Shown here in pieces: positions 1-8,869 of a stretch of 54,349 bases of DNA. Within the stretch, counting starts at the first letter, position 1. Each line of letters starts with the position of its first letter. The DNA lies in contig JAGLZG010000182.1 in the NCBI GenBank assembly GCA_023131705.1, positions 1 through 54,349 of the forward strand, in the 5' to 3' direction. This stretch comes from Nanobdellota archaeon. Lineage in GTDB: Archaea > Nanobdellota > Nanobdellia > Woesearchaeales > B3-WOES. Made by a program: the position numbers and the translations under genes. The notes beneath the pieces were generated by a model, which saw only the letters and a list, made by a program, of their open reading frames with translations, was not told where the DNA came from and searched no databases.

Positions 1-242
1 AGTAAAACACCCCAATCTGTCAAGTCTATTGAATCTTCTAATTCCAAATCTTCAGCCCAATTATAAAAATTAATAGACCCCTTTCCACCAACCAACTCTT
101 CTTCATAAAAAAGATTCCCTAAGATATCCACATGTTCTAAGGTTATAGTTGAAGGGGAGATATGCCCCCCTTCAACTGTATTACCTAAATCTAACCCACC
201 GAATGTTATAGTAGCTGGACCGAAATTAACTATATTACTCAT
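1..242 (-). CDS. tail tube-like protein paralog, N-terminal 80 codons (ORF runs off the window start; in-frame continuation at 54190..54349)
   Basis: The ATG at 242-240 lies immediately after the stop of 243..743. The N-terminus MSNIVNFGPATITFGGLDLGNTVEGG parallels MSFELGPCQVLYDNADVGATEGG of the adjacent ORF. Confidence 0.6.
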   Translation of the reverse strand, partial: MSNIVNFGPATITFGGLDLGNTVEGGHISPSTITLEHVDILGNLFYEEELVGGKGSINFYNWAEDLELEDSIDLTDWGVL

Positions 243-743
243 CTAAGAAGCCGTTTCGTCTCCTAAAATAGCCACTTCACCTGTGTCACTTGCAAATGCT
301 ATAAAGATTACTTTAATTACTCTCTGTGTGCTTACATCATAAGTAACCTCTTCATCTGCCTTAATCCCAGCTAATGGAAAGGTAAACCACTTATTAGCAT
401 CAGTAGTCACTATCCCATTTACATAAGGTTTAACTATCAACTTCTTAGCATTATCCCTAAGGCTCATTCCTACGTTGGGTATGATAACTACCTTCTGTTT
501 ATTTCCATCTGTAACAACACTTGCCTTATGTGCAAAGGCAAAATTAGCCAAATCTATCGAAGCTAAGCTACATTCAATTACAGCAGAAACCCCTGTGATT
601 ATAGTATCTACAGGCTCACTACCAGACTGGTCTGATTTCAAGTCAGCCGATGCTTCTGCCATCTTTATTGAAACGCCACCTTCAGTAGCTCCTACATCCG
701 CATTATCGTAAAGCACCTGACAAGGACCTAATTCAAAACTCAT
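243..743 (-). CDS. major tail (tube) protein candidate
   Basis: 166 aa with a G-rich RBS. It sits between the head-tail joining genes and, across the junction, the chaperone and tape-measure genes. The call is positional. Confidence 0.55.
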   Translation of the reverse strand: MSFELGPCQVLYDNADVGATEGGVSIKMAEASADLKSDQSGSEPVDTIITGVSAVIECSLASIDLANFAFAHKASVVTDGNKQKVVIIPNVGMSLRDNAKKLIVKPYVNGIVTTDANKWFTFPLAGIKADEEVTYDVSTQRVIKVIFIAFASDTGEVAILGDETAS

Positions 744-755
744 AATTTCCCCCCT

Positions 756-1079
756 TTATATCCTTACTGCCCCAGCAGTAACAGTTGTAATAGCACTATA
801 ACCTACAGTTACTTTCCCTTCACTGCTGTTAAATCGCCCAGTGGAAAATTCTCCAATCCACCTATCTTCTCCCGCAGGAACTGCTACCACAATATCGTGG
901 TCATGACCATAATTACAAGGAACTATGCAATCTATAGTCACATCAATAGAACCTCCACTTCCATTAGACACAACAAGAAAAGTCCTACCATCATTTATAA
1001 AAGCATCACTTAACGCAACTGCCACTAAAGCAGGCTCAAGTCCTGTTAACGCTATCGCTTGCACTGTATAATCAGCCAT
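756..1079 (-). CDS. hypothetical structural protein
   Basis: 107 aa, tightly packed in the late operon between the tail-terminator-like and tube genes. Confidence 0.55.
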   Translation of the reverse strand: MADYTVQAIALTGLEPALVAVALSDAFINDGRTFLVVSNGSGGSIDVTIDCIVPCNYGHDHDIVVAVPAGEDRWIGEFSTGRFNSSEGKVTVGYSAITTVTAGAVRI

Positions 1080-1442
1080 CTATTCCTCCACATAACTTAC
1101 TTTAAAATTTAAAGATGTTACTTGTCTTTTCGCTTCATCAAAACCTTCATTTCCTACTTCCACATCACCCAAAACCGTCCACCCAATACCACTAAGACCT
1201 CGATGGGTTATAAGAAGTTCCCTCAAAGCTCTAACTTCTCTATCCCCCAAACTCCAATCTTTTGATATATAATATACCACTATAAAAGCAGTTTTTAGTG
1301 TCCCTGCTCCAGATGAACTAATGAAACGAGTTACAACACCTTCTTTAATAGGTTCAGGTAGGTAGTTTAAGAACAAGTCTGTCCCACCCACGAACCTCGT
1401 GTTTTGCTCAATAAAGTCCCCAATTTGCTCAATCACGCTCAT
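1080..1442 (-). CDS. tail terminator / tail completion protein candidate
   Basis: 120 aa, abuts the next gene (1079/1080) and has the position typical of a gpU-like protein. The LFLNYLPE-type N-terminal motif is seen in minor capsid/tail completion families. Confidence 0.45.
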   Translation of the reverse strand: MSVIEQIGDFIEQNTRFVGGTDLFLNYLPEPIKEGVVTRFISSSGAGTLKTAFIVVYYISKDWSLGDREVRALRELLITHRGLSGIGWTVLGDVEVGNEGFDEAKRQVTSLNFKVSYVEE

Positions 1443-1899
1443 TTATAATCTCATTCATACTTTTTCTTGCAAAACTTTTTAATCTACTTTTTGCCATCAT
1501 TGCCTCAATCCAAAGGTGATGAAAAGGGTTTCCTATTCTTACAGCATAGTTTTGGTAGTAGGCATAGTTAAAGGTTTTATCAAATGCACTATAGATGAGA
1601 TATATCCTATGAGAAAGCCCACCACCTCTTGATGTAACTGGAGTTCCTGAGCCATTGTTAGTTGTTCCTATTAACTTACTTCCTACAAAAACTGAACCAC
1701 TTTGTCTTAGCCTCCCAGTTTTTACAGGAGGTTGTCTAAGTGTCATATTAACATTGGCTAAAACCTTCTCCGCAACCCTTTCGTGTAGAGTTTGAGATAT
1801 TTTTTCTTTAAGCTTCAAAGCTCTAATCCCCATAGATGCACAAGCCCGAAACTGTCCTTTGCCGCCTTTAAAGGTTCTTCCATATCCAACTTTAATCAT
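1429..1899 (-). CDS. HK97 gp10-like head-tail joining protein candidate
   Basis: 156 aa with a KTGRLRQSG motif and a YAYYQNY segment reminiscent of the HK97 gp10 family, in the expected position. Confidence 0.45.
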   Translation of the reverse strand: MIKVGYGRTFKGGKGQFRACASMGIRALKLKEKISQTLHERVAEKVLANVNMTLRQPPVKTGRLRQSGSVFVGSKLIGTTNNGSGTPVTSRGGGLSHRIYLIYSAFDKTFNYAYYQNYAVRIGNPFHHLWIEAMMAKSRLKSFARKSMNEIINERD

Positions 1900-2204
1900 T
1901 TGTAAATAACCTCTGTGTGATGGTATCTACTCTTTCCATCCATATATCTATAACTCTGCACAATATCACACCTTTTTTCATCCACAATAAAGAAACAAGA
2001 AGTCAGGTCTAAGTCATCCCACAAAAACAGAGTTCCTTTTCCCATCTCAGTCACTCCAATCTGTCCACCCTCTCCTCTTATAAAAACTAAATTACTTCCC
2101 TCTTCAATCCAGCCTTCATAACTACCGACAAGGTTATTTATAGTGTGACCCTTCCATGTTATGGTCTCTTTGTATATTTTTACAGTCGTGTTTATTCTGA
2201 CCAC
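1896..2204 (-). CDS. head closure / head-tail adaptor candidate
   Basis: 102 aa with a 4-nt overlap to neighbouring genes. The call is positional. Confidence 0.45.
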   Translation of the reverse strand: MVRINTTVKIYKETITWKGHTINNLVGSYEGWIEEGSNLVFIRGEGGQIGVTEMGKGTLFLWDDLDLTSCFFIVDEKRCDIVQSYRYMDGKSRYHHTEVIYK

Positions 2205-2494
2205 TTGCTCCTCTCAATAATATTAGCTTGAGAACTACCTGTATGAATTCCTACACTAAGTTGTTTAACATACTGAAGAAAAATCTCTTTATAAGCTTTA
2301 TACCTATCACTCTCTTTCTCATAGAGCTTACCCATTCTATAAGTAGGTTTAAATTTCTTCCACAAAAGCTCAAAAACCTTCATTCCAGCCAGCTTTATAT
2401 CACTATACTCACTTATAAAATGGGCAACTTCATCAGGAGTGAGGTCTAAAAAAGCCTCACTCCCTATCTCAAGTTTTAACTGTTCTTCAGTCAT
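2192..2494 (-). CDS. head-tail connector (gp6-like) candidate
   Basis: 100 aa, helical, and the first gene after the major capsid protein gene. Confidence 0.45.
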   Translation of the reverse strand: MTEEQLKLEIGSEAFLDLTPDEVAHFISEYSDIKLAGMKVFELLWKKFKPTYRMGKLYEKESDRYKAYKEIFLQYVKQLSVGIHTGSSQANIIERSKWSE

Positions 2495-2502
2495 TACCTA
2501 CT

Positions 2503-3480
2503 CTATACAATAGCGTCGTAAAGAATACAACCTAAATCACTTGCAATTAACTTCGGAGTAAGATTCATAATACCTTCAACTCTTAGAGCGTTATTATTCT
2601 GAGGCATCGGAATCCTTCTTATCTCCACTTCATCAGCCTTTTTACCAGCAGTCTTCAAAATATGATAACCACCAGATGGTTCATGTTTGCTCGCCTTGTT
2701 AGGAGCATAAGTTAGTAAGACTTTTTTAGTGGCAAAATAACCTGTATTACTTGAAGTAAGAGTCTCACCCTTCTTTGCAGTCGACTTCACTGCTCCTAAA
2801 ACAACAAGAGAATCCATGTCAAAAAGTTTCTTCAAAGCCCCTGCTGTTACTACCTTATCATCCGTTACCTTTAAAGAATCCTTAATATCAGGATTTGACC
2901 TTAAAACTCTATAAACGTCAGGAGTCATTAACATTCTATTAGGCTTGAAACCTGTCACTGCTCTTACTGCATCCTGAAACTTCAGAATATCATCAATAGG
3001 AGTTGAGTTGGTGTAATCACTCCACTGGGTGAAATCTCCACCAGCGCCACTTGCTTTACCCTGTAAATCTGAACCCCATAAACCAGTAGCTATAAACTGA
3101 CTAACAAAGTTAGCGATTACAATAAGTTTTAGTCTATTTATAACAAACCTTGTTCCATCTGCAACAGCATCAAAGGGACTATCTGACTCTTCATTATCTC
3201 TTGCAGTTATGTCTTTGTGAAAAGACACATCCTCAACACTATAAGGCTGGGGTGTTACATCATAGTCTCCGCCCATACTCTCAGCTGCCCCTGTTCTCTT
3301 ATAGTCATTTACATTACCTAATCTAAGCCAATCACCTTTGTCATACTTGGCTATATTCCCTGAACTCTTTTTTGTCTTTATAACTGGAAACAACGAAAAA
3401 GGTTCAAAGTCTAATTCCTGCTCATATTTTACAGCTACGCCTCTGATAAATTCTGTATTTATTTGGTCATACCAGTGCAT
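2503..3480 (-). CDS. major capsid protein (HK97 fold, lambda gpE/Phage_cap_E-like)
   Basis: 325 aa located after the protease, scaffold and decoration genes. The N-terminal FEPFSLFPV...G.IAKYDKG pattern resembles E-like capsid proteins. Confidence 0.75.
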   Translation of the reverse strand: MHWYDQINTEFIRGVAVKYEQELDFEPFSLFPVIKTKKSSGNIAKYDKGDWLRLGNVNDYKRTGAAESMGGDYDVTPQPYSVEDVSFHKDITARDNEESDSPFDAVADGTRFVINRLKLIVIANFVSQFIATGLWGSDLQGKASGAGGDFTQWSDYTNSTPIDDILKFQDAVRAVTGFKPNRMLMTPDVYRVLRSNPDIKDSLKVTDDKVVTAGALKKLFDMDSLVVLGAVKSTAKKGETLTSSNTGYFATKKVLLTYAPNKASKHEPSGGYHILKTAGKKADEVEIRRIPMPQNNNALRVEGIMNLTPKLIASDLGCILYDAIV

Positions 3481-3492
3481 TCTATCACCTCC

Positions 3493-4269
3493 CTATATAA
3501 TCCGAACTCTAATGAGTTTCTTTATGTTGTTAGTATCTTCTGCTGTGATTGCCTCAAGAGCTATTGCAAATGGGAAACTTCTTAGTAAAGTAGATTCCAA
3601 TTCCACAGTTATCGCTCCACCAGCAAGAGTTGTTAAAGTTCCTGTAAAGTCCACTGAAAGTCTGTCACCTATAGCAAGAGCAAGATGAGCACCTGTAGCA
3701 GTCAAAGCAGGAGACTGAACAGTATTAGCCGCTCCCTTTAAGTCTATCTTTGTGGTATTAAGCAAGTCATCACCAGCCGTAGGGTCTTCAGTTCCCTGAC
3801 ATCTTTTTATTGTTGCGGCTACAGCCGAACCATCATTACCAGCTACTGCATGAACTTCACTAATTTTTGTCACGGTGCACGCAAAAGGTGCTGTGAAAAA
3901 GAAGCCATCAACAGAAGCTGCTGCAATAGCATGTGAAGCAGGAAATCTTCCATTAAAACTTGCTATCCACTTCATAAGAAGTCCACTGATATTACTACCA
4001 GCACCATCAAGCTGAATCGCAGCTGAAGTTGTTAATGGTTCTCCTATAGCAATACTTACATTCGGCAAAGCCATAACATAGGCATAACTCTCACCACCTA
4101 CTATTCCAACACACACATCTCCACTTGCCTGTCCACCATCTTTGATAATACCCAAAGAAGCCTCTCCATCGGCATCACAAAGTGTATTATCAGTTCCAAT
4201 GGCATAATATTCCTTCGTATTCAGGTTTTCCCCTGAAACAAAATTAGTCAATATTTGATTTCTCTCCAT
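3493..4269 (-). CDS. head decoration protein candidate (DUF2190-like N-terminal half, duplicated)
   Basis: 258 aa, Gly/Ala-rich and beta-rich, lying between the scaffold and capsid genes. Confidence 0.45.
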   Translation of the reverse strand: MERNQILTNFVSGENLNTKEYYAIGTDNTLCDADGEASLGIIKDGGQASGDVCVGIVGGESYAYVMALPNVSIAIGEPLTTSAAIQLDGAGSNISGLLMKWIASFNGRFPASHAIAAASVDGFFFTAPFACTVTKISEVHAVAGNDGSAVAATIKRCQGTEDPTAGDDLLNTTKIDLKGAANTVQSPALTATGAHLALAIGDRLSVDFTGTLTTLAGGAITVELESTLLRSFPFAIALEAITAEDTNNIKKLIRVRII

Positions 4270-4272
4270 TAT

Positions 4273-5079
4273 CTAACCCTCCTCACTTTTGCAGAGTTCT
4301 GGATTTTCCTTGCAAAAGATAACATAAGCATCTGCGTCACTTTCTATATGTCTATCTTTCTTGATTTTCTCAATCCCATCTTTAACTAACTTCTCCACAT
4401 CCTCATCGCCTTTCTTACCTATACCTTTTCCTAAGTCCTTCAACATCTTCTGCATTCCTACAATTTTGTCAACTAAGGTGTTAATCTCCTTTTCCTTACC
4501 TTCCGCATAGACATCCATGATATCCTTAGTAATAGACTCACCCACCTTAATTTCGATGTCCTTCTTAATTGCATCTTTCTTTAACTGAACTTCTCTCTTC
4601 CCAGCTTCTACTTCCCTTTTACCAGCTTCTACCGCATCCTTTTCCAGTTTCTCAAGTCTATCCTTAATTACCTGAGGAACATCCTTCAAGATAGTATCTG
4701 GGTCAGCTTTCTTTAACTTAGCCAATTCAGCTACAGCAACATCTAAGTCCTTCTTTACCTTATCATACTTCTCCAACTTCTCCTTGTCCTCTTTGGAAAT
4801 CTCTCTCTTTTTAACATGATACTTCATGTCCTTATCTACAGTCACATCTATGTTGTCATTAAAAACAAGATTATCTCCCTCTTTAGGAAGAAAGCTCTTC
4901 AACTCCTCCTTAACCACTGCTGGCACATCCTCTCCACTAAGTAGCAAACTTGCTAACTTAATCTTATCACTCATATCAAGACCTCCATCTTTGATTAGCA
5001 AAAATTTCTCACCATTTATTGGATTGCCTGCTAAAGCAACCTCTTCAATTAACAACTTCTTGTATAGTTTTCCCATCAT
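4273..5079 (-). CDS. scaffolding protein
   Basis: 268 aa, Lys/Glu-rich coiled coil with an internal VEAGKRE VEAGKRE repeat. It is ATGA-coupled to the protease gene. Confidence 0.6.
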   Translation of the reverse strand: MMGKLYKKLLIEEVALAGNPINGEKFLLIKDGGLDMSDKIKLASLLLSGEDVPAVVKEELKSFLPKEGDNLVFNDNIDVTVDKDMKYHVKKREISKEDKEKLEKYDKVKKDLDVAVAELAKLKKADPDTILKDVPQVIKDRLEKLEKDAVEAGKREVEAGKREVQLKKDAIKKDIEIKVGESITKDIMDVYAEGKEKEINTLVDKIVGMQKMLKDLGKGIGKKGDEDVEKLVKDGIEKIKKDRHIESDADAYVIFCKENPELCKSEEG

Positions 5080-5705
5080 TCAACTCCAAAACCGCCGATT
5101 GAAAATCCTTTGATTATACCTTCTTTCACCTCCTTCCTTAACTTCTCATCATCCACAACACTTCGCATTAACCAAGTCCCCTCTTTCACCACAACATCAC
5201 TCAACTTCATATCACAAGGAGCTATATAACTTTCCACAATAGACACTTGGTTCTTTGTCAATAGATGTGTATGTCTATAAGACTGATTCATAAAATCTTT
5301 GTTAAACTCATAACAGGCATCTTCTATCGCTTCCTTTGTGTAAGAATCTCCATCTTTGTCCTTCACTTCAGGAGACAACACAATTCCAAAAACCTGTTTC
5401 CCTTCACTATCTTTATTGATGACTTTAAAAATTATGTCTTTTTTCTTCTGAAAATACTTCTCAAGAAGAACCTTCGCTTTACCCTCTACTTCAGCATAAT
5501 GATATTGAGCAGCTCTTATTATCGCCGCCCTTACAAGACCATAATGATACTCTCCAGACTTCGGGTCTTTCACAGGGAATTTTCTCTCGCCTTCAGGAGA
5601 TACCAAGAGGAAGTAATTTGCAGGATACTCCTTTCTCCGTTTTTGTGTAAGATATGCTTCCTTTACATAGTCTGGAATTAAACTATCTTTAAAGACATTT
5701 GGCAT
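5076..5705 (-). CDS. XkdF-like prohead serine protease
   Basis: 209 aa. The pattern FGIVLSPEVKDKDGDSYTKEAIEDA...HTH...ESYI matches the XkdF (Peptidase_S78_2) family layout. It lies between the portal and scaffold genes. Confidence 0.6.
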   Translation of the reverse strand: MPNVFKDSLIPDYVKEAYLTQKRRKEYPANYFLLVSPEGERKFPVKDPKSGEYHYGLVRAAIIRAAQYHYAEVEGKAKVLLEKYFQKKKDIIFKVINKDSEGKQVFGIVLSPEVKDKDGDSYTKEAIEDACYEFNKDFMNQSYRHTHLLTKNQVSIVESYIAPCDMKLSDVVVKEGTWLMRSVVDDEKLRKEVKEGIIKGFSIGGFGVE

Positions 5706-6868
5706 TACTTTCCTCCTTCTTCCCTTTCTGGTAGTTTCGCAATCCTTAGCAAACTATTCTCCAACTCAGGTGTTACACTAATAACTTCTTGATTGACAAG
5801 TCTTGCTACATAGGAAGCTAAATCCTTTATATTTTCGGCATTAACAGGAGTGTATTTTAACACAGGAACATTCTTCACACCATTATATTCACACACTCTT
5901 TCTATCACTTGTTTATTTATATTGTCTACAAAAAATCTCACCCAACCTTCACAGCTATTTAAAAACATACTATAACCTACTTCACTCGCTCCTCTTGTTG
6001 AACTTCCAAAAGCCCCCTCAGCCACAAAACTTTCAAGAAGCCCCACACAAATTTCGGTGTTATATCTTCTAAGTATTTTGTCAGTATCAGTTCCACCCTT
6101 TTCACCTCTTAGGAGTGTAAGATTCCAGTCAAAAGGTAAAACAACACCTTCTTGTTCATCACTTCTTATGTTAGACACCACATCTGCAGCCCACTCAAGA
6201 GTTGTTTTTACTAACTCACTATAATTGGAGTTACCTTCTTGTCCTGATGTAAAGTCAAAACCTTCAGGAGCAGTCAAAACAGGCAAACCTGCTAAATCCC
6301 TGTCCGCACCCACAGCCTCTGCCGCTTCAATAGACTTCTTATAGTAATAAGGCTTATAGACGTGTCTCAAGAGACTTCTACCAAATTTCCACCTTACCTC
6401 ACTCATTATAGTCAGGTAAAAGCATTTGTCTGTAGGAATTGGCTTATTACCATTTATTTGAGATATACCTTTTTCATCTATTTCATCTATTGTCATTTGC
6501 CCACGAGGTTCAATGTCATTAATAACTACCTTTCCATTCTTCAAGCTATAGATAATTTCCCCTACATAAAAACCATAAGTAAAAACGGATGTAAATTCCC
6601 TTATAATATTCCTTATAATATCTATACTTAGAATTTCCTCTCCATCATAAGTCCACTTTACTGAAGAGAAAATAGACTCCATTCTCATTAACAACCCTCC
6701 TATAACAGGGTCATTCCATCTCATCTTTCTATAAATCCTAAGTCCTCCAACACCTCTGAGGTCACCCATGAAGTCTTCACCCATCTCACCATATAGGTCA
6801 AATACACCCTTTTTTGATGAGAAATTTCTTGGAAAACGTTTTTTAGAGGAATCTTCCGAACTTACCAT
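5705..6868 (-). CDS. portal protein
   Basis: 387 aa lying between TerL and the protease. The ATG at 6868 has a GGAGAG RBS; the longer track ORF starts at a TTG at 6901. Confidence 0.7.
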   Translation of the reverse strand: MVSSEDSSKKRFPRNFSSKKGVFDLYGEMGEDFMGDLRGVGGLRIYRKMRWNDPVIGGLLMRMESIFSSVKWTYDGEEILSIDIIRNIIREFTSVFTYGFYVGEIIYSLKNGKVVINDIEPRGQMTIDEIDEKGISQINGNKPIPTDKCFYLTIMSEVRWKFGRSLLRHVYKPYYYKKSIEAAEAVGADRDLAGLPVLTAPEGFDFTSGQEGNSNYSELVKTTLEWAADVVSNIRSDEQEGVVLPFDWNLTLLRGEKGGTDTDKILRRYNTEICVGLLESFVAEGAFGSSTRGASEVGYSMFLNSCEGWVRFFVDNINKQVIERVCEYNGVKNVPVLKYTPVNAENIKDLASYVARLVNQEVISVTPELENSLLRIAKLPEREEGGK

Positions 6869-8294
6869 ATTTACTCTCCACTCTTCTAATTCTTGACACA
6901 ACCTTCTTGGTTATATAACTTGGTTTTTGTCTTGACACAAAACTTTTAACTACCTCAGTTAATGAAAGAGCATCAGCTTCATCAGTTGAGAACCCAAGTC
7001 TCCTTACCAAAACCCTTTTATCTTCTAAAGCTATCTTTTCTTTTGTAAAGTCAAATCTTATATTACAAAGTTCTTTTTTCAATCTTTCAGGAGGTTTCTC
7101 GGGGAAATGCAGTTGGTCAAAATCCTTACCCAATCTGTCATAAACCTCTGACCTTTTATTTTGATATATCATATCTGCATAAGCGTGTTCACTACCTATA
7201 TGACCAATAACATCAAAATGTCTTAGGTGGTTTAGTTTATCATAAACCCCCGCTCCTTTTCCTATCGCATCAACTACTACTGTTATATGTTTTCTTTGAT
7301 AGCGGAACTCCCAAGCTGCTACAATTTTATCAGCCAACTCTTCAGTATCACTCGTTCCATAAATGTCCCAATGGACTATAGAGTTTCCAATTCTATGGCA
7401 GATAACACTTCTATTATCCGCCCCCCCAACATCAACACCCAAAACAATAGTTCCTTCATGTGTCATCTGATTTTCAGCAACCACTCTGTCATATACATCA
7501 GGAGCTACTATTACACCCTCGTTCATCTTTATCAGACTTCCAGTTACCTTTGCTTTATACATAGGAGAGTCTTTTCCATATCTACCTGCAATTCTTTCTC
7601 CATAGCCATCAGAGACGAGTTTACTTTCTAAAGATGAATAAGTCCTCACTGCATACCCTTCGCTACTGTTTCCACTAACTACATCATAGAAGTAACCTGC
7701 CATTGAAACAGGATTAGATATTAGGAGAATATAAGCATTACTATTAGTAAGAGCTCCGTCCAAAGCGGTGTAAACAGGGTCAGGTATTCCACTTGCTTCA
7801 TCACAAATAATAAGTAAATAAGGAGCATGGAAACCAGCTAAAGTATCATTTAAAATTCCCCCTGCTTGACGAGGAACTGTCCTTGCAACAGCATACCAAG
7901 ATTTCGTTCCCTTTATTTGAAGTCGGGTAGTTGTGGGGTAGAATAAGTCTTTTATTTTACACCTTGCAAGCCACAAAGGAATCTCACTCCATAAAATGTC
8001 ATTTAATAGATGTCCAGATGGGGCTGTTGTGGGAACTTTGGCAAAAGGATGAGTAGATAAGAACCATAAAACTAAAAGAGCACCAAGAGCTGTCTTACCT
8101 ATACCACCACCACCAGCTACTGCTAAGTAATGCTTCTCAAGTAAAGTATCAGCTATGTCAATTTGTTGGTCGGTTAAGAAATCTAACTCTAAACCCTCAA
8201 AATTTATATTATCTCTAACCCAACCTTTAAAATCATGTTCATATTTTTTCTGAAGGTCGAGACATATTTCAAGAGCCTTATTAGCTTTTTTCAT
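6843..8294 (-). CDS. terL: terminase large subunit
   Basis: Walker A is AGGGGIGKT and Walker B is LLIICDEAS, followed by a C-terminal RNaseH-like nuclease half. Confidence 0.9.
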   Translation of the reverse strand: MKKANKALEICLDLQKKYEHDFKGWVRDNINFEGLELDFLTDQQIDIADTLLEKHYLAVAGGGGIGKTALGALLVLWFLSTHPFAKVPTTAPSGHLLNDILWSEIPLWLARCKIKDLFYPTTTRLQIKGTKSWYAVARTVPRQAGGILNDTLAGFHAPYLLIICDEASGIPDPVYTALDGALTNSNAYILLISNPVSMAGYFYDVVSGNSSEGYAVRTYSSLESKLVSDGYGERIAGRYGKDSPMYKAKVTGSLIKMNEGVIVAPDVYDRVVAENQMTHEGTIVLGVDVGGADNRSVICHRIGNSIVHWDIYGTSDTEELADKIVAAWEFRYQRKHITVVVDAIGKGAGVYDKLNHLRHFDVIGHIGSEHAYADMIYQNKRSEVYDRLGKDFDQLHFPEKPPERLKKELCNIRFDFTKEKIALEDKRVLVRRLGFSTDEADALSLTEVVKSFVSRQKPSYITKKVVSRIRRVESKYGKFGRFL

Positions 8295-8718
8295 CTTGCT
8301 CCTTTTGCATTTTTCTGAAAAGTATGTCTAAGTCATCATCAGCCGAAGATTGTTTCTTTTCTTTTCTTTTTAAGTAGAATTGAAGGTGAAGAGCTGCCGC
8401 TTGAAGTAAAATCCTCTTATCCTTCGTTTCCCTATTATTCATTATATCTGCTACAATGTTTAATCCATCAGGTAAGGCTAAATTATTTGTTCTTATTGCA
8501 TCCTTATCCGAAATACCCGCAACCTCTTGGTCTATTCTTTCTTCTATTTCGGGGTAAGCAGAAAAAAGTCTTGAAAAAAATCCTTTATCAACTTTTAGAT
8601 AGTCCGCCACTTCATCAAAAAACCTTTTTTCATAATAAAGACGAGCCAGATAATTCAGATATTTGTCATCTTCCTCTATCTGGGCTATGATTTTTTGTTC
8701 AGCTTCGGTAAAGTCCAT
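8281..8718 (-). CDS. terminase small subunit candidate
   Basis: 145 aa, helical, the first gene of the late operon, and overlapping the TerL start. Confidence 0.5.
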   Translation of the reverse strand: MDFTEAEQKIIAQIEEDDKYLNYLARLYYEKRFFDEVADYLKVDKGFFSRLFSAYPEIEERIDQEVAGISDKDAIRTNNLALPDGLNIVADIMNNRETKDKRILLQAAALHLQFYLKRKEKKQSSADDDLDILFRKMQKEQDEKS

Positions 8719-8762
8719 TCACATCTCCATTCCATAAAGAATAATTTTCACCTTACAAATGG

Positions 8763-8771
8763 AGTATACCA
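8763..8771 (-). promoter_or_regulatory. candidate extended -10 promoter (TGgTATACT) for the late operon
   Basis: The minus strand reads aaaTGGTATACTcc about 45 nt upstream of the 8718 ATG. No TTGACA-like -35 element is present. Confidence 0.3.
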
Positions 8772-8835
8772 TTTATGGGAAATTAAAAAGAATGTTATGA
8801 TTTAATTATTTCTTAGATATTGATTAAAGGGAAGT

Positions 8836-8860
8836 AGTGGGTTTCTTCAGGAAACCCACT
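8836..8860. terminator. perfect 10-bp hairpin AGTGGGTTTC-ttcag-GAAACCCACT (dispersed hairpin family)
   Basis: The stem is perfect by direct complementarity. It lies between the end of nrdD (leftward block) and the late-operon promoter region. Confidence 0.6.
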
Positions 8861-8869
8861 TGCTTTGAA

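Noticed and set aside
4561-4630. Imperfect 21-bp tandem repeat in the scaffold gene (VEAGKRE x2)
   Set aside because: It is an in-frame duplication typical of coiled-coil scaffold proteins and not an independent element.
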